64,000 bases of DNA from Heterodontus francisci. Taxonomy: Eukaryota. Below, piece after piece: positions 63,820 to 64,000 of this stretch. Where the stretch lies: NCBI RefSeq assembly GCF_036365525.1, contig NC_090380.1, positions 96,061,942 to 96,125,941 of the forward strand, read 5' to 3'. The position numbers and the translations under genes are program-made. The first letter of the stretch is position 1, and the number at the start of each line of letters is the position of its first letter. The notes under the pieces were generated by a model. That model searched no databases and was not told where the DNA came from. It saw nothing but the letters and a program-made list of their open reading frames with translations.

Positions 63820-64000
63820 AATTTGGACAAAATGTTTGACTTGAGTGAATATGAGGTGATCAAAGAGAGGCAGCATGGATTTCTAAAGGGTAAAGCGCAT
63901 CTAACAAACCTAGTTGAATTTTTTGAGGAGGCAACTAATGTAGTAGATAAGGGATTGTCTATCGATGTTATATATATGGACTTCCAGAAGGCATTTGACA
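63820..64000 (+). mobile_element. CR1 RT fragment running off the window
   Basis: RQHGFLKGKAHLTNLVEFFEE...DVIYMDFQKAFD. Confidence 0.9.

Overview
This is eukaryotic, repeat-dense, intronic or intergenic DNA. The repeat set (HER1-type CR1 LINEs, L2, Deu-domain SINEs, Penelope tails, Harbinger elements, SCAN-gag Gypsy) points to a cartilaginous fish (inference). No host gene could be identified with confidence, and nearly all ORFs are transposon fragments or their antisense shadows. The main signal is a ~3.3 kb single-ORF APE-RT LINE family of the CR1 group, with near-complete copies at 8257-11330 and 40479-43765. Its 5' end is a tRNA-derived Pol III A/B-box head. By eye its sense strand has no TTTT terminator, and the ORF has no open in-frame AUG before the endonuclease. 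A SINE at 14113-14490 is this LINE's 5' leader joined to its 3' tail. Also present: a four-level nested insertion (Harbinger > CR1 > Gmr1-like Gypsy > RTE, plus a MITE) with readable TSDs for each insert, solo LTRs, a Penelope fragment with hammerhead-like motifs and a 10-unit minisatellite. All alignments and counts were done by eye; boundaries without a TSD are approximate.
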